From the NCBI GenBank assembly GCA_963790025.1, contig CAWBMP010000002.1:160001-224000 (forward strand): a stretch of DNA of 64,000 bases. The letters are read 5' to 3'. The notes beneath the pieces were generated by a model that searched no databases, was not told where the DNA came from, and was given only the letters and a program-made list of their open reading frames with translations. The position numbers and the translations under genes are program-made. Of the stretch, positions 38,404 through 50,718 are shown in pieces (position 1 is the stretch's first letter; each line of letters starts with the position of its first letter). The stretch comes from Nitrospirota bacterium (lineage in GTDB: Bacteria; Nitrospirota; Thermodesulfovibrionia; Thermodesulfovibrionales; Dissulfurispiraceae).

Positions 38404-40395
38404 TCAGTGTCCGAATATAAGAAGCAGAATTAAAGTGACTAATATATACAACAGATACAGATGAAGACTTCCTGATTGCAGGGGTCTCACCTTTCCGGCA
38501 ACTTTGAAAATAAGGACCGTAACAGGCTCGTAAATATATTTTTCAAAAAATGGTGTTATCTCTGCCCTGTATTTTATCGCTTTTATAAAGAACGGCTTGA
38601 CATAATAAGAGACCTTGAGTTCTCTCCTTGGGAGATATATCTTCTTGAATATCATCCTTATGGGTTTTGTGAATCCTGTCGCTGAATATTGCATTCTTGG
38701 GGTCAGCGAAGGTATTCCGCAGTCCCACGAAGCGCCATATGTTATTTTCCTTCTGCCTCCAATCCCGAAGACAAAAACAATTGAAGCAAGAGCCATGACA
38801 AGCAGCGTTATAAGTATCGATAAAGGCGCCAGGGTGGCCACGGTATCGTTGATATAAAGGGACCAGTTTCCCGACGCTATGCCGTAGGAACCTGTAAGCT
38901 GAAGTGCAGAGGGAGAAATCATCCTGATTGCCACATTGGGGAATATTCCGAAGATGAGGCATAGCATGGCAAGTATAATCATGCCGGCTATCATGGATGG
39001 CGGCGCTTCTTTGGCATTCTCTGCATGATGGCTTCGTGGCATCCCGAGAAACGCTATGCCGAAAGCCTTTACAAAGCATGCAGCGGCAAGCGCGCCTGTA
39101 AGCGCAAGTGCAGCAGCGCCCATTGGTGAGATAATCTTAGATACCATGGACGATGATTTGAAGCCGAGTATCAATGATTGGTAGGTGAGCCACTCGCTTA
39201 TGAACCCGTTGAAAGGAGGAAGCGCGCATATTGAAATAGATCCTATCAGGAAGGACATTGCTGTAAGAGGCATCGACTTTATCAGACCACCCAGGCCTTC
39301 CATATCTTTTGTATGCGTAGCATGCATTACAGAGCCCGCGCCGAGAAAGAGCAGACCTTTAAAAATTGCGTGATTCAATGTATGGTAAAGTCCCGCTACC
39401 ACGGCTATTGCCGCCAGTGTGTAAAAGCCGTTACTCCTGAACATCATCGAAGCCCCGATCCCGAGGAGAATGATTCCGATGTTTTCAACACTATGGTAGG
39501 CCAGGAGCCTTTTCATATCATGCTCCATAAGGGCATATAACACACCAAGTATTGAAGAGATGGCTCCGATCACAATGATGGTGATTCCCCACCACTCCGG
39601 GCCCTGTCCCATAATATCCATGCCTACCCTAATAAACCCGTAGATCCCCGTCTTTATCATTATCCCCGACATTAGTGCCGAGATATTCGATGGCGCCGCG
39701 GGATGCGCCTTTGGAAGCCAGGCGTGAAGGGGTATAATGCCGGCCTTTGTACCAAATCCGATCACTGAAAAAATAAAGACCATTGATTTAATGCCGGCAG
39801 ATAACTTCGGCATTAAGGTCTTTATGGCTGCGAAGTCCATTTGCCCGGTATTTTTATAAAGCACTAAAAAGAGCACAATTATGAATGCAGTCCCAATATG
39901 AGTCATAACAGCATATATCAGTCCGGCCTTTGCAGATTGTTCAGTCCTGTCAAATGTCACCAGGAAGTATGAAACAAGAGACATGGTCTCCCATGATACG
40001 AGGAACGTAATTATATTACCCGACAGAATTACCGCATACATGCTCAAAATAAAAAGGTTATAGAGAAAACCGATTGACCCTTTGTTGGCGATGTCTTTTG
40101 TATAGCCGATAGAATACATTGAAACCGGCAGGACCAGGATAGACATTACAGTTACAAAAAAACCCGAGAGGGGGTCTCCGCGAAATACAAACTCAAGGGC
40201 TGATGTTATCGGGATGGAAGGTAAATGCAGCTCGATCCCCGAGGAAAGATATAACCCCGAAACAAGAAGGTTAACTGCCCCTAAGGCTGAGAGGACATAA
40301 GTATATCGTTTCGCTTTCTGGAAGATTAGTAGGGAACCAACTGCACCCGAAAGGAAAAAAAGAAGCCCTGTATTGAAATAAAATTCCGCGTCCAT
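38404..40395 (-). CDS. hyfB: HyfB-like antiporter subunit of the Ehr complex
   Basis: WETMS, KAGIIPLH.WLP.AHPAAPS, KRLLAYHSVENIG, WDCG, QSGSLHLYL. Confidence 0.9.
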   Translation of the reverse strand: MDAEFYFNTGLLFFLSGAVGSLLIFQKAKRYTYVLSALGAVNLLVSGLYLSSGIELHLPSIPITSALEFVFRGDPLSGFFVTVMSILVLPVSMYSIGYTKDIANKGSIGFLYNLFILSMYAVILSGNIITFLVSWETMSLVSYFLVTFDRTEQSAKAGLIYAVMTHIGTAFIIVLFLVLYKNTGQMDFAAIKTLMPKLSAGIKSMVFIFSVIGFGTKAGIIPLHAWLPKAHPAAPSNISALMSGIMIKTGIYGFIRVGMDIMGQGPEWWGITIIVIGAISSILGVLYALMEHDMKRLLAYHSVENIGIILLGIGASMMFRSNGFYTLAAIAVVAGLYHTLNHAIFKGLLFLGAGSVMHATHTKDMEGLGGLIKSMPLTAMSFLIGSISICALPPFNGFISEWLTYQSLILGFKSSSMVSKIISPMGAAALALTGALAAACFVKAFGIAFLGMPRSHHAENAKEAPPSMIAGMIILAMLCLIFGIFPNVAIRMISPSALQLTGSYGIASGNWSLYINDTVATLAPLSILITLLVMALASIVFVFGIGGRRKITYGASWDCGIPSLTPRMQYSATGFTKPIRMIFKKIYLPRRELKVSYYVKPFFIKAIKYRAEITPFFEKYIYEPVTVLIFKVAGKVRPLQSGSLHLYLLYILVTLILLLIFGH

Positions 40396-40553
40396 TTTTT
40401 AAAACAACTTTTTATTCTAACATATTACGATCAAAATAATGAGGTAGCGAGGGTCGTGAAAGATTCCTTTTTCTCGATATATGGGCGATGAGAGGCGGCT
40501 CGATTAGCGCAGACCTCGCATGCCGTGATATTACCATCAACGCGACATTGTTT

Positions 40554-40853
40554 ATGGAAATAATGGATGATTACGGAGCAAAACTCGGCAAGCAATTTTG
40601 CCGCCGCTGTGAATATTGCCAGCCCTGTCCTAATGGTGTAATGATTACAGTTGCTATGGGTTACAGCATCCTTGCCTCACGAATGTCTCCGGCTGTATCT
40701 GTTGATTTTGCGAGGCTGGCAATGGAAAGCGTAAGATCATGTGTCGATTGTGGTGAATGCCTGGAGCGTTGTCCATACGAACTTCCTATCCCTCAAATTC
40801 TGAAGACAAATCTGGATCTCTATGAGTCACACCGCGCCCAACTTTGGAAGTAG
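40554..40853 (+). pseudogene. C-terminal 4Fe-4S fragment of an aldo/keto reductase
   Basis: CRRCEYCQPCP...CVDCGECLERCPYELPIP with no AKR barrel upstream. Confidence 0.7.
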
Positions 40854-41001
40854 ACTGGTGTATGCGAGACAGAAGCTTTTTCGCTACAGTGCTAAGGTTA
40901 CACTTGGAATTAAACGCCAGTTGCTCTGAAAGCAACCGCAGACTTCCCCTCCAACTCTGAAAATCAGCCCCCGGCATAGCAGCCAATTCCAAGGGTGACT
41001 C

Positions 41002-42483
41002 TCACTCACCCGCCCCTCCGCCGAGCACCTTGTAGAGCGTCACCAGATTGGTGAGACGGGAGAGGTGAACAGCAATCAGTCCTTGCTGCGCGCCGTAAAG
41101 GGAGCGCTGAGAGTCAAGGACATCCAGATAGCTCGATATGCCTTTGCTGTAACGCGCCTGGGATAAACGATAAGTTGCGGCGGTGGCATCCGTTAGAGCC
41201 TGCTGGGCCTCCAGTTGAGCGCCGAGCGTACCATGTTGAGCAAGGGCGTCCACCACTTCCCTGAAGGCGCTCTGGATCGCCTTCTCATATTGGGCAAGAA
41301 AGATTTCGCGGTCGACTTTTGACACTTTCAGATTGGCCTTGTTTCGCCCTGCATCGAAGATGGGCAAAGTGATCTGCGGCGCGAAGCTCCATACGCCGGA
41401 TCCTCCCTTGAAGAGTCCGGTCAACTCAGCGCTTGAGAGGCCAAGGCTGCTCGTGAGAGTTATGCGCGGGAAGAATGCGGCGCGTGCCGCGCCGATGTCG
41501 GCGTTGGCAGCCTTGAGAAGGTGCTCCGCCTGCATGATATCGGGCCGGCGCTGCAGCACATCGGAAGGCAGGCCCGGGCTGAGATCTTTAAGTGCGGTAA
41601 TTGCACTGAGCCCGGACGGCAGGAGATCCGGCGGTACCGCCGAGCCTATCACGAGAGTCAGCGCGTTTTCGTCCTGGGCTACCCGGCTCGTAAAAGCAGC
41701 AATGTCCACCCGTGCTGTATCAACACTCGTCTCGGCTTGACGGACATCCAACTCCGACGAGGCGCCTGCTTTGAAGCGACTATTAATAAGGTTGTATGAA
41801 GCCTGCTGGCTTTCGAATGTCTGCTGAGCGATTTTCAGATGCTCTTCATCAGCCGCAAGGGTCAGGTAGTCGCTTGCTACCTCAGCCACAAGGCTGATCT
41901 GCGCGCTGCGGCGCACCTCCGCGGTGGCGAAGAACTGCTCCAGCGCCTGTTCTTTAAGGCTTCGTACCCTGCCGAACAGATCGAGCTCGTAGCCGCTGAA
42001 ACCGAGACCGACACTGTATTGATGTGATGCGACCACTTGGCCGGTTGTAGAGAGGCTTGCAGGTATTCGTTGGTCGAGGCCGGCGCCGGCCGCAACCACC
42101 GTTGGAAAGAGATCGGCGCGCTGGATTCGATAAACCGCCTGAGACCTTTCTACATTGAGTGCCGCTATCCGCAGATCCCGGTTGTTGTTCAGTGCGAGTG
42201 CAATCAACTTTTGCAGTTGTTCGTTAACAAAAAACTCCTGCCATTTAATGTCGGCAACGGCCTTACCGGTCGGCTTGACTTCGCCTTGCTTATAAGCAGG
42301 ACCGCTCGGCCACCCGGCCGGGACAGGCGCTTCCGGCCGCGTATATTCAGGAATCATTGTGCAGCCCGAAAGAGCAAATAGAACAAGACCAATAGTTACA
42401 CTGCGGAATACAAAGCATTCCGAGCGTGAATGGTCGGCGGCTTGATGGCTCGGAGGCTTATCGGCGATGAAAAGTCTTTTCAT
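41002..42483 (-). CDS. RND outer-membrane lipoprotein (OprM/NodT family)
   Basis: LSGC lipobox, [27 protein letters not shown]. Confidence 0.92.
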   Translation of the reverse strand: MKRLFIADKPPSHQAADHSRSECFVFRSVTIGLVLFALSGCTMIPEYTRPEAPVPAGWPSGPAYKQGEVKPTGKAVADIKWQEFFVNEQLQKLIALALNNNRDLRIAALNVERSQAVYRIQRADLFPTVVAAGAGLDQRIPASLSTTGQVVASHQYSVGLGFSGYELDLFGRVRSLKEQALEQFFATAEVRRSAQISLVAEVASDYLTLAADEEHLKIAQQTFESQQASYNLINSRFKAGASSELDVRQAETSVDTARVDIAAFTSRVAQDENALTLVIGSAVPPDLLPSGLSAITALKDLSPGLPSDVLQRRPDIMQAEHLLKAANADIGAARAAFFPRITLTSSLGLSSAELTGLFKGGSGVWSFAPQITLPIFDAGRNKANLKVSKVDREIFLAQYEKAIQSAFREVVDALAQHGTLGAQLEAQQALTDATAATYRLSQARYSKGISSYLDVLDSQRSLYGAQQGLIAVHLSRLTNLVTLYKVLGGGAGE

Positions 42484-42484
42484 T

Positions 42485-45400
42485 TCACTCCTCCGCAACA
42501 GCAGTGCCGACAGCTGGCGCCGTCACGTGTGCTTTGTATTTTTCACGACCCAACAAGCGCGATACCATCACGAAGAAGAATGGAATGAAGATCAGGTCGA
42601 TAAAGGTGGCAGAGAGGAGTCCGCCCGTTACGGCCGTGCCTATCGCGTTCTGGGCCCCGGCGCCGGCCCCCTTGGTCAGCGCGAGCGGCAACGTGCCGAA
42701 GAAGAAGGCAAGGGAAGTCATGAGAACCGGACGGAGTCTGATTTTCACGGCGTTCAACGTCGCCTCCACAAGTTCGTGCCCCTGGAGCATCTGTTCCTTG
42801 ATGAACTGGATGATCAGGATGGCGTTCTTGGTCGAAAGCCCGACTGTCGTAAGCAGACCGATCTGGAGATAAACGTCATTGGGAAGGCCGCGGAGCGTAA
42901 CCATGCTGACAGCGCCAACCAGACCGAGCGGCAGCATCAGCATATTCACAAAAGGAATCGTCCAGCTTTCATACAATGCTGCAACCGCGAGAAAGACAAC
43001 GAGGAGGGAGATTGCATAAAGCGCAGGCGCCTGCTCACCGGCATTCTTTTCCTCGTACGAAAGGCCGGTCCATTCGTATCCGATTCCTGGCGGGAGCTGA
43101 GCCGCCATCTTCTCCATCTCGGCCATTGCCTCGCCTGTGCTTACACCTGGAACGGCCTGCCCCAGGATCTCGACCGACGGGAGGCCGTTGTAACGCTCAA
43201 GGCGGGGCGAGCCGTACTGCCAGCGGGCTGTAGCAAAGGCGGAGAACGGCACCATCTGGCCGTCTTTGTTGCTGACGTACCAGCTGTTGATGTCCTCCGG
43301 CAGCATCCGGTAGCGTGGATCGGACTGGAGATAGACCTTCTTCACCCGGCCGTCCTGGATGAAGTTGTTAACGTAGGTGCTCCCCCATGCGGCAGAGAGA
43401 ACGTCGTTGATATTACTCAACGAGACCCCGAGCGCACCGGCCCTTACGTCATCGATATCCAGCTTGAACTGGGGAGAATCGTCCTGGCCATTGGGGCGCA
43501 CCGCAGTCAGTTTCGGATCCTTCATTGCCATGCCGAGCAGTTGGTTGCGCGCCTCCATCAGCTTCTCGTGCCCTACCCCTCCCCGATCCTGCAACTGGAA
43601 GTCGAAGCCGTTGGCCACCCCCAACTCAAGCACCGCCGGCGGGGCAAAGGCAAAGGCGATGCCGTCACGGATTTGCGAGAACGCCTTCATCGCCCGCGCC
43701 GCAATGGCAGGGGCCTTCAGGTCCGGGGTTTTGCGCACATTCCAGTCCTTGAGCCTCACCCATGCGAGCCCCATGTTCTGCCCGCGGCCGGCAAAGCTGA
43801 ACCCGGACACGGTGATAATCCCCTCCACCGTCTTCTTCTCGTCCTCCAGGAAGTGGCGCTCCATCTGTTTCAGGGACTGCAGCGTTCGTTCCACGGTGGC
43901 GCCGGGGGGGAGCTGTATCTGGCAGAGCAGGAATCCCTGGTCCTCGTCCGGCAGGAACGAGGTGGGGAGGTTGTGGAAGAAGTACCCCATCGCGACCACG
44001 ATAGCGCCGTAAACCACCAGGTAGCGCACCGGCTTTCCAAAGGAACGGCCGACGATCCCTTCGTATTTGCCCCGGCAGAAGTCGAATCCCCGATTGAAAT
44101 AACGGAAAAACCAGGCAAGCCAGCCGGTCTCGCCGGCATGTTGTCCCTTTGCGACAGGCTTCAGGATAGTGGCGCATAGGGCCGGGGTCAGGATCTGGGC
44201 CACCAGCACTGACAGGATCATGGCCGAGATTATAGTGATGGAGAATTGGCGATAGATGACGCCAGTAGAACCGCCGAAGAACGCCATCGGGAGGAAGACC
44301 GCCGAAAGGACGGTGGCGATCCCCCACAGGGCGCTGGTTATCTGTCCCATGGACTTGATGGTAGCGTCACGGGGGGAGAGCCCCTCCTCGGTCATGATCC
44401 TCTCCACGTTCTCAACCACCACGATGGCGTCGTCCACCAGGAGGCCGATGACGATGACTAGGGCGAACATGGTAAGGGTGTTGATGGAGAACCCGCTGGC
44501 AGCCAGCACTCCCATGGTTCCCAGGAGTACCACCGGCACGGCGATGGTCGGTATAAAGGTAGCCCGGATGTTCTGCAGGAACAAGAACATGATGATAAAT
44601 ACCAGGCAGATAGCCTCCAACAGCGTGTGTACCACTTCTTCAATGGAAATCTTCACGAAGGGGGTGGAATCGTAGGGATAGACTACCTTCATTGCTGGCG
44701 GGAAGTACTTTGAGAGTTCCGCCATCTTAGCCTTAACCCGGTTTGCGGTATCCAGGGCGTTGGCCCCGGCCGCCAGCCGGAGCGCCACTCCCCCCATCGG
44801 CTTCCCATTGTAGAACGACTGAATGTCGTAATTTTCGGTGCCGATCTTGCACTCAGCCACATCCCTAACTTTTACGGTAGAGCCGTCGGTGTTGGTGCGA
44901 AGGATGACATTATTGAACTGATCGGGCGTCTGCAGCAAGGTGCGGGCCGTGATCGTAGCATTCAGTTGCTGCCCTTTGACGGCAGGAGTCCCGCCGAACT
45001 GGCCGGCCGATACCTGGACATTCTGGGACTGCAGGGCACTTATAACGTCATTCGTGGTCAGATGGTAGTTGTTGAGCTTCGCCGGGTCGAGCCATATCCT
45101 CATGGCGTTCTGGGTGCCGAACACCAACACTTCGCCTACCCCGTCCAGGCGGCTGATGGTATCCTGAATATTCGAAACCATGTAGTCGGTCAGGGTATTG
45201 CGGTCCATGGAGCCATCTTCCGAAACCAGACCCACGATCAGCATGTAGTTCCGGCCGGACTTGACCACCTGAATCCCCTGCTGCTGCACGATCTGGGGGA
45301 GAAGCGGCATGGCCAGCTGGAGCTTATTCTGCACCTGCACCTGGGCGATGTTCGGGTCAGTCCCCGCCTTGAAGGTCAGAGCGATGCTAACCGCCCCGGC

Positions 45401-45652
45401 CGAGTCGCTCGTGGAGGCCATGTAGATCATGTTATCGATACCATTCAGCTTCTGTTCGATCACTTGGGTGACCGTATCCTGCGCCGTCTGCGCCGAGGCG
45501 CCCGGATAGGTTGCGTTAATGGCAATCTGGGGCGGTGCGATGGGGGGGTACTGAGAAACCGGCAGTGTTTTGATCGACAGGAGGCCCGCCAGCATGACCA
45601 TGATGGCGATTACCCATGCAAAGATAGGACGATTTATAAAGAATCTGGACAT
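42485..45652 (-). CDS. acrB: RND efflux permease, HAE1 (AcrB/MexB-like)
   Basis: [42 protein letters not shown]; 1055 aa. Confidence 0.95.
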   Translation of the reverse strand: MSRFFINRPIFAWVIAIMVMLAGLLSIKTLPVSQYPPIAPPQIAINATYPGASAQTAQDTVTQVIEQKLNGIDNMIYMASTSDSAGAVSIALTFKAGTDPNIAQVQVQNKLQLAMPLLPQIVQQQGIQVVKSGRNYMLIVGLVSEDGSMDRNTLTDYMVSNIQDTISRLDGVGEVLVFGTQNAMRIWLDPAKLNNYHLTTNDVISALQSQNVQVSAGQFGGTPAVKGQQLNATITARTLLQTPDQFNNVILRTNTDGSTVKVRDVAECKIGTENYDIQSFYNGKPMGGVALRLAAGANALDTANRVKAKMAELSKYFPPAMKVVYPYDSTPFVKISIEEVVHTLLEAICLVFIIMFLFLQNIRATFIPTIAVPVVLLGTMGVLAASGFSINTLTMFALVIVIGLLVDDAIVVVENVERIMTEEGLSPRDATIKSMGQITSALWGIATVLSAVFLPMAFFGGSTGVIYRQFSITIISAMILSVLVAQILTPALCATILKPVAKGQHAGETGWLAWFFRYFNRGFDFCRGKYEGIVGRSFGKPVRYLVVYGAIVVAMGYFFHNLPTSFLPDEDQGFLLCQIQLPPGATVERTLQSLKQMERHFLEDEKKTVEGIITVSGFSFAGRGQNMGLAWVRLKDWNVRKTPDLKAPAIAARAMKAFSQIRDGIAFAFAPPAVLELGVANGFDFQLQDRGGVGHEKLMEARNQLLGMAMKDPKLTAVRPNGQDDSPQFKLDIDDVRAGALGVSLSNINDVLSAAWGSTYVNNFIQDGRVKKVYLQSDPRYRMLPEDINSWYVSNKDGQMVPFSAFATARWQYGSPRLERYNGLPSVEILGQAVPGVSTGEAMAEMEKMAAQLPPGIGYEWTGLSYEEKNAGEQAPALYAISLLVVFLAVAALYESWTIPFVNMLMLPLGLVGAVSMVTLRGLPNDVYLQIGLLTTVGLSTKNAILIIQFIKEQMLQGHELVEATLNAVKIRLRPVLMTSLAFFFGTLPLALTKGAGAGAQNAIGTAVTGGLLSATFIDLIFIPFFFVMVSRLLGREKYKAHVTAPAVGTAVAEE

Positions 45653-45662
45653 GAACTCTCCT

Positions 45663-46886
45663 TTACTTCTTTGCTTCCGCCGTCTTCACCGGGCCTGCAG
45701 GCGAGCTGTCTACCTTACTCGCGAACGTAACGGCCTTTACGGGCATTCCCGAACGCACCCTTTGAATTCCTTCGAGGATAACCCGGTCGCCTGTTTTAAG
45801 TCCGTCGCTGACCAGCCAGCAGTCGCCGACTGTACGGACGACCTTTATGGCGCGCGGCTCCGCCTTTTCTTCGCTTTCTACTACCGTAACCATTGGGTCT
45901 CCGGCAGGGTTGCGTGTCACCCCTCTCTGAGGAACAAGAATCGCATGTTCATTGACCCCTTCCTCTATGACCGCGCGGACGAACATCCCCGGAAGCAGGG
46001 TCTGCTTTGGGTTCGGGAAGACCGCGCGCAGTGTTATGGAGCCGGTACTTTGGTCAACCGTAACTTCAGAAAACTTGAGCGTTCCGGTCAGCGGATACAT
46101 ACTGCCGTCCTCCAGCAAAAGCTTCACCCGGGTCTGCGCTGCGCCACTGCTTTTCATAAGGCCGCTGGCCATGTCCTGTTTCAGGTGGAGCAGGTCTGCG
46201 CTGGACTGGGTGACATCAACATATATGGGACTGAGCTGCTGGATCGTGGCCAGCGCGGCGGGCTGACTTGCCGTTACGAGAGCGCCATTGGTCACTGATG
46301 ACCGGCCTATCCGTCCTGAGATGGGTGCAGTTACCTTCGTATATGCCAGGTTTATCCGCGCGGATTCGAGCGCTGCCTTTCCTGCCTCTACATCGGCCTC
46401 AGCCTGCTTGACCGCTGCACTTGCATCATCGTAGTCCTGCTGACTGACCGCGTTGATTTCGACGAGATCTTTATAGCGCTCGGCCTTAAGCCGGGCCGGC
46501 ACGAGATTGGCTTCAACTTTATCAAGTGCGGCCTTTGCACTGTTGAAAGATGCCTGGTACGTGGCCGGATCTATCTGATAGAGCACCTCTCCCGCCTTGA
46601 CATCAGCACCTTCGGTAAACAGTCGCTGTTTGATAATGCCGCTTACCTGTGGTCTCACCTCGGCTATAAGGTATGCAGATGTCCGGCCCGCAAGCTCTGT
46701 TGAAAGCGCCACGCGCTGAGGCCTCACCACAACAACGCTTACCTCGGGAGGTGCGCTCGGCGTCTTTGCGATTGCAGTACTCCGTTTTGCGCATCCTGCA
46801 ATTAAAAGAAATGTGGCAAGTATCCCGGTGACAGCAATTATGCCAGATTTCCTCTTGCTCAGTACAAGAATCTCCAAAAGCGTCAT
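45663..46886 (-). CDS. acrA: RND periplasmic adaptor (AcrA/MexA-like)
   Basis: IAGC lipobox, [28 protein letters not shown]. Confidence 0.93.
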   Translation of the reverse strand: MTLLEILVLSKRKSGIIAVTGILATFLLIAGCAKRSTAIAKTPSAPPEVSVVVVRPQRVALSTELAGRTSAYLIAEVRPQVSGIIKQRLFTEGADVKAGEVLYQIDPATYQASFNSAKAALDKVEANLVPARLKAERYKDLVEINAVSQQDYDDASAAVKQAEADVEAGKAALESARINLAYTKVTAPISGRIGRSSVTNGALVTASQPAALATIQQLSPIYVDVTQSSADLLHLKQDMASGLMKSSGAAQTRVKLLLEDGSMYPLTGTLKFSEVTVDQSTGSITLRAVFPNPKQTLLPGMFVRAVIEEGVNEHAILVPQRGVTRNPAGDPMVTVVESEEKAEPRAIKVVRTVGDCWLVSDGLKTGDRVILEGIQRVRSGMPVKAVTFASKVDSSPAGPVKTAEAKK

Positions 46887-46930
46887 GTCAACTTCCTCCA
46901 TATGTGAGACATACGTAACAACGTAATAAG

Positions 46931-47542
46931 TTACTTCAGGTACCCTTTAAGCAAACATTCAACCAGAGCAGCAGCTAACACATTCCGATCCGCCCATGGA
47001 AAACTTTTTCTGTACATTGTCATCAGGATCAGACCCTGAACTGCTACAGCAAGAGACTGCGTCATCACATCTGTATCCATCGCCTGAAGCCTGCCTGCAT
47101 CAATGCAATCCTGTACAATTTCTCTGAATATGAAATATGAATTTCGTGCCATGGACTCCTTTCCCATGAATTCTTCCTGTTTGCCATAAACATCGGGTCT
47201 CGTGAAGAAAAATACTTTATATTGGTGCGGGTTATTGAATCCGAATTCTATAAAATAGAGTAAAGCTTGACGAAGGGTATTAAGAGGATCGGTGTAACGC
47301 GCTCTTATATGTTTGAGATTTGCAAGATATTGTTCAGCAACTTCTTCACATATAGCTAATAGCAAATCGTCCTTGTCTTTGAAATAAAGATAGATGGTGG
47401 TAGGTGAATAGTCTATTTTTTCGGCGAGCTTACGCATAGAGAAGTTTTCATAGCCCTCAGCTATAAAAAGTTCGCGGGCCTCATCCAGAATCTCCCGACG
47501 GAATTCCTCCCTGTACTTGGTCCTCTTTTCTTTGACTCCCAT
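46931..47542 (-). CDS. TetR/AcrR family transcriptional regulator
   Basis: GYENFSMRKLA...YSPTTIYLYFKDK helix-turn-helix. Confidence 0.93.
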   Translation of the reverse strand: MGVKEKRTKYREEFRREILDEARELFIAEGYENFSMRKLAEKIDYSPTTIYLYFKDKDDLLLAICEEVAEQYLANLKHIRARYTDPLNTLRQALLYFIEFGFNNPHQYKVFFFTRPDVYGKQEEFMGKESMARNSYFIFREIVQDCIDAGRLQAMDTDVMTQSLAVAVQGLILMTMYRKSFPWADRNVLAAALVECLLKGYLK

Positions 47543-47570
47543 TAATTCACCTTAACGAAGATATCTTAAC

Positions 47571-47612
47571 TTAACACTGTTAAATTTAACTCGTCACATT
47601 TATTTTTGTCAA
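47571..47612 (-). promoter_or_regulatory. Promoter and palindromic operator for the tetR-RND operon
   Basis: Minus-strand TTGACA at 47607-47612; palindrome ttaaca-c-tgttaa (47571-47583) just downstream of the -10 region. Confidence 0.55.
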
Positions 47613-47937
47613 ACCTCCCGAGAAGTGCAACAGAAAATATCTCTCTTGGCCGGCAGAGCACCCGGATATCGGAGCACTCGGGATTGCCTGCATCCCGGAG
47701 CTGGCCCAGGGTATACGGCTTTGCATCAATCTTGGAATTGCCCCCTTAGGAATACCTCTGAACGCCAACCGATGTGCGATATGGATGAAACAGGCTCGCC
47801 AGAGTTTATTCAGCCTTGAGGAGCTTGAGGAACTGGTAAAATAAACCTTACCCTGTCTTTTTTTCGTTGCGAAGTCGACGCCGGCGGTTTCTGTCATAAT
47901 ATAAGCTGAAGTTAATAGGTGAAAAAGGATAATAGTA

Positions 47938-48231
47938 ATGAAGTGCAAAATCATCGCAGAGCAGACACTCTTGGCCTCGATTATTTTTGACAATACCAGG
48001 TTTGTTGAGGCACGAGCGCTTATTGGCCCGGATGATTTTTCTCAGGACGTGCACAGACTAATCTATGAGGTGATGCTCGTGCTCTATGCAAACAATGAGT
48101 TCATCGATTTCATTAATCTTTCTGAGAAACTTCTCAGCAAGGGGCAGATAGCGGCATTCTCCTATCTTAAGAATTTTTATACCTGGCCGGTTTCGGAAGA
48201 CATAGGTGATCTTGCTGAAAACATCCTCTAA
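47938..48231 (+). CDS. Stand-alone DnaB helicase N-terminal-like domain protein
   Basis: AEQTLLASII...DF...VHRLIYEVM..L....IDFINL pattern. Confidence 0.7.
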   Translation: MKCKIIAEQTLLASIIFDNTRFVEARALIGPDDFSQDVHRLIYEVMLVLYANNEFIDFINLSEKLLSKGQIAAFSYLKNFYTWPVSEDIGDLAENIL

Positions 48232-48258
48232 ACGACTCTTTAGGAAGCACCTGCATTG

Positions 48259-49329
48259 TCACTTTTGAGGACGCAGCAACAAGTTCTCGGTCTGTAGCTC
48301 CAATTCTGCCCAGCGAACCTTGTAGTCCATGGCTTGCCCCAGATCGTATCGTGATATACCCTCTTCACACAACCACCTTACCTTTTCCATTTGCAGCAGG
48401 TTGCCTATAGAATATCTGCTCCAATCCTCCGCATAGCTGAATTGCTGGCCCCGATAATATCTCCCGGTTATGCCGCCAAACATAAACCCGATATCCCGGC
48501 CGCCTTTTTTTGCAAAAATAACTCTGCCCATCCCGGAAAGGCTGAGCCGCCGGAGCATCAGCCAGTAGAAGTCACGGGAAGGCTGAACAGTCATGCCGCA
48601 CTGTCCTATACCTTTCCAACTTGCCTCTTCAACAGCCAGCATCCGCGCATAAGCTTCGTCTGCCTGCTCTATAGACATGGGCAGACAACGCTCAAAAACC
48701 ACACCTCTGTCGGCCAGCTGCAAGGCTGCCCTCCTAAGATTCCGGCGCAGGTTGGCTGACCGCCTGGACAAGTATCCATCCACATTCCCGGCGAGTGAGG
48801 CACATTGAAAAATAGAGGGCTCCAGTTGAACAACATCGTAATGTTTGTTAAAAGTCGTCAGTACCTTAATTAACAAAGAGGATCCATAAATAATACCGCT
48901 CAGCAGGACAAACGGTTGGCTGTGACAAAAGGATTCCTCCTGCAGCAGCAATGCCAGTAGTTCAACAGCATCCGGCCCAAGCAAAGGACAGCCAAAAAAC
49001 CAGTTCGACTCGATCGGTTCCAAGATAAACCCAATGTTCGGGAGTTCATAACCTGCAAAGGCAATAATACTATTATTAGAACTACGGAAATACAATTCCC
49101 TATGAGGGCTGAACGCTTCGTGGAAAGAGAACTGCCACTCAGTCCGGCAACAGAAAGGATCGGCTTGCTCAGTATTTCCGGCAATCTGGTTCAGGAACGA
49201 GTTTGCATGATCCAGCATTTCCTTCGTAAAATATGCAAGGTCCTGGCGTTCCGGTTGCCCGACACGACGATTGCACCCACCTGGACTTAACTGCATGAGC
49301 TCCCGATGCACATTAACGGCATTACACAC
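48259..49329 (-). CDS. GNAT-fold (CelD/BcsL-like) acetyltransferase domain protein, start uncertain
   Basis: YLSRRSANLRRNLRR, SWKG, SIGNLL, YDLG..MDYK.RW. Confidence 0.75.
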   Translation of the reverse strand: MCNAVNVHRELMQLSPGGCNRRVGQPERQDLAYFTKEMLDHANSFLNQIAGNTEQADPFCCRTEWQFSFHEAFSPHRELYFRSSNNSIIAFAGYELPNIGFILEPIESNWFFGCPLLGPDAVELLALLLQEESFCHSQPFVLLSGIIYGSSLLIKVLTTFNKHYDVVQLEPSIFQCASLAGNVDGYLSRRSANLRRNLRRAALQLADRGVVFERCLPMSIEQADEAYARMLAVEEASWKGIGQCGMTVQPSRDFYWLMLRRLSLSGMGRVIFAKKGGRDIGFMFGGITGRYYRGQQFSYAEDWSRYSIGNLLQMEKVRWLCEEGISRYDLGQAMDYKVRWAELELQTENLLLRPQK

Positions 49330-49515
49330 ATTGAATTCTTAGAAAATTGCTTTCTCAGCACAAAAAAAGAATAACACGCGTCACAAAATTTATCAAAATA
49401 GCTCACATGATACGCAATCGCTATAACAACTCTAACTGTTAAAATAAAGTTAAATATGGACAGACCTTTCCACGTGATAGTGTCAGAGAAGCGGTTTGAG
49501 ATTTTTGGGGGGGAA

Positions 49516-50271
49516 TCATATTAAAAGTCGTATGGCCACACAGACGAGAACTATATCTACAAGAATATAAAATGTTTTTATGTTTATCCTTTCAATAATC
49601 CTGCCTGATAACAATATTGAAATTAAAACACAAGGGAGGCTAATCAGCGTATACTTAAATGGAAGCAAGAGAGATTGATGTAAAACCGAGTAGTATAAAA
49701 TTAACCATATCGTGTCGAATGCCATCCAAACCAGAAGAAGCGTTGTTCGAAAAGAAGAAATCCGCTTAAATGTGTTTTTAGCTGCTATCGTGACCAACGG
49801 GCCTCCAATTGCTATGGCGCTATTGACGACGCCTCCGGCAAAAGAACATATAACGGCGTATATCCTATTGTCTTTGAGAAAGCTGTTTTTCAATTTAAGG
49901 CTTATCAGATTAAAAATTACGTTTCCAAGGATAAAAAAGCCAAGGATTGTTTTAAGAACATTGCTGTCAAAATATGAATAGACAAAGAAACCAAAAGGCA
50001 ATCCGAATAGTGCCGGAAATAGTATCCATGATAGTTTTGTGTAATTGATGCCGGTCTTTTCTTTAATCAATAATATACCCGATGTTATAACTGAGAGCAT
50101 CATTGTTGTCGGAATTAACACGATTTTTATGTCAAATAGAAACGAAAGAAAGGGGAGAACTATCAGTGTGTTGCCAAAACCGAGTACCGCGTATACAACG
50201 TGTGCGGCGAACATTACGATGCAGAATATCAGCCACTTGACCATTATGTAGTATACTGTGAATGATGTCAA
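49516..50271 (-). CDS. TauE/SafE family sulfite exporter
   Basis: GFGNTL..LP, GG......IGGPL, multiple TM segments; AT-rich. Confidence 0.8.
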   Translation of the reverse strand: MTSFTVYYIMVKWLIFCIVMFAAHVVYAVLGFGNTLIVLPFLSFLFDIKIVLIPTTMMLSVITSGILLIKEKTGINYTKLSWILFPALFGLPFGFFVYSYFDSNVLKTILGFFILGNVIFNLISLKLKNSFLKDNRIYAVICSFAGGVVNSAIAIGGPLVTIAAKNTFKRISSFRTTLLLVWMAFDTIWLILYYSVLHQSLLLPFKYTLISLPCVLISILLSGRIIERINIKTFYILVDIVLVCVAIRLLI

Positions 50272-50718
50272 AAAGAGTCCCTAAAAAAATCTCTTATCTC
50301 AAGATTAAAACCGGGGCTGTCACTTCGAATAGTCCGAAACATAGCTGGCAGGCTTCTGCATCACTTGAAGGGATTAGAGCCAGGAAGTCGAACTCTCCTC
50401 TGTATTGTCAGAGTTATTCATGAAAGAGATACCCGCAGTTACAGGCGGCATCTTCCCAAAGGCCTTTTTGTAATAATTTACTATATTTATTTCTTCCTCG
50501 CGCCATTTTTCCGATCTGTTCCTCTCCAGCCTCAAGCACTATATATTTCATCTGCCTAAAACTTGGGCTCAGGATTGTCCTGTCTTTGTGCAGTCTCAAA
50601 ATAGCTACCACTTAAAAGAGTACACATACCAAGTCCACACTTTTGACACGACTATAGTACTCTCGATTTTCGTAGGAGGTGCGCCAACTTCGGTCAAAAA
50701 TTCAATGCTGATTAACAC

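Noticed and set aside
42467..44179. 570-aa plus-strand ORF
   Set aside because: Antisense shadow of the GC-rich acrB gene with no recognisable motifs.
47690..47750. c-di-GMP-I riboswitch-like words (ggcaa...gcaaagcc) on the minus strand
   Set aside because: No GNRA-capped P2 stem or matching P3; more likely decayed coding sequence.
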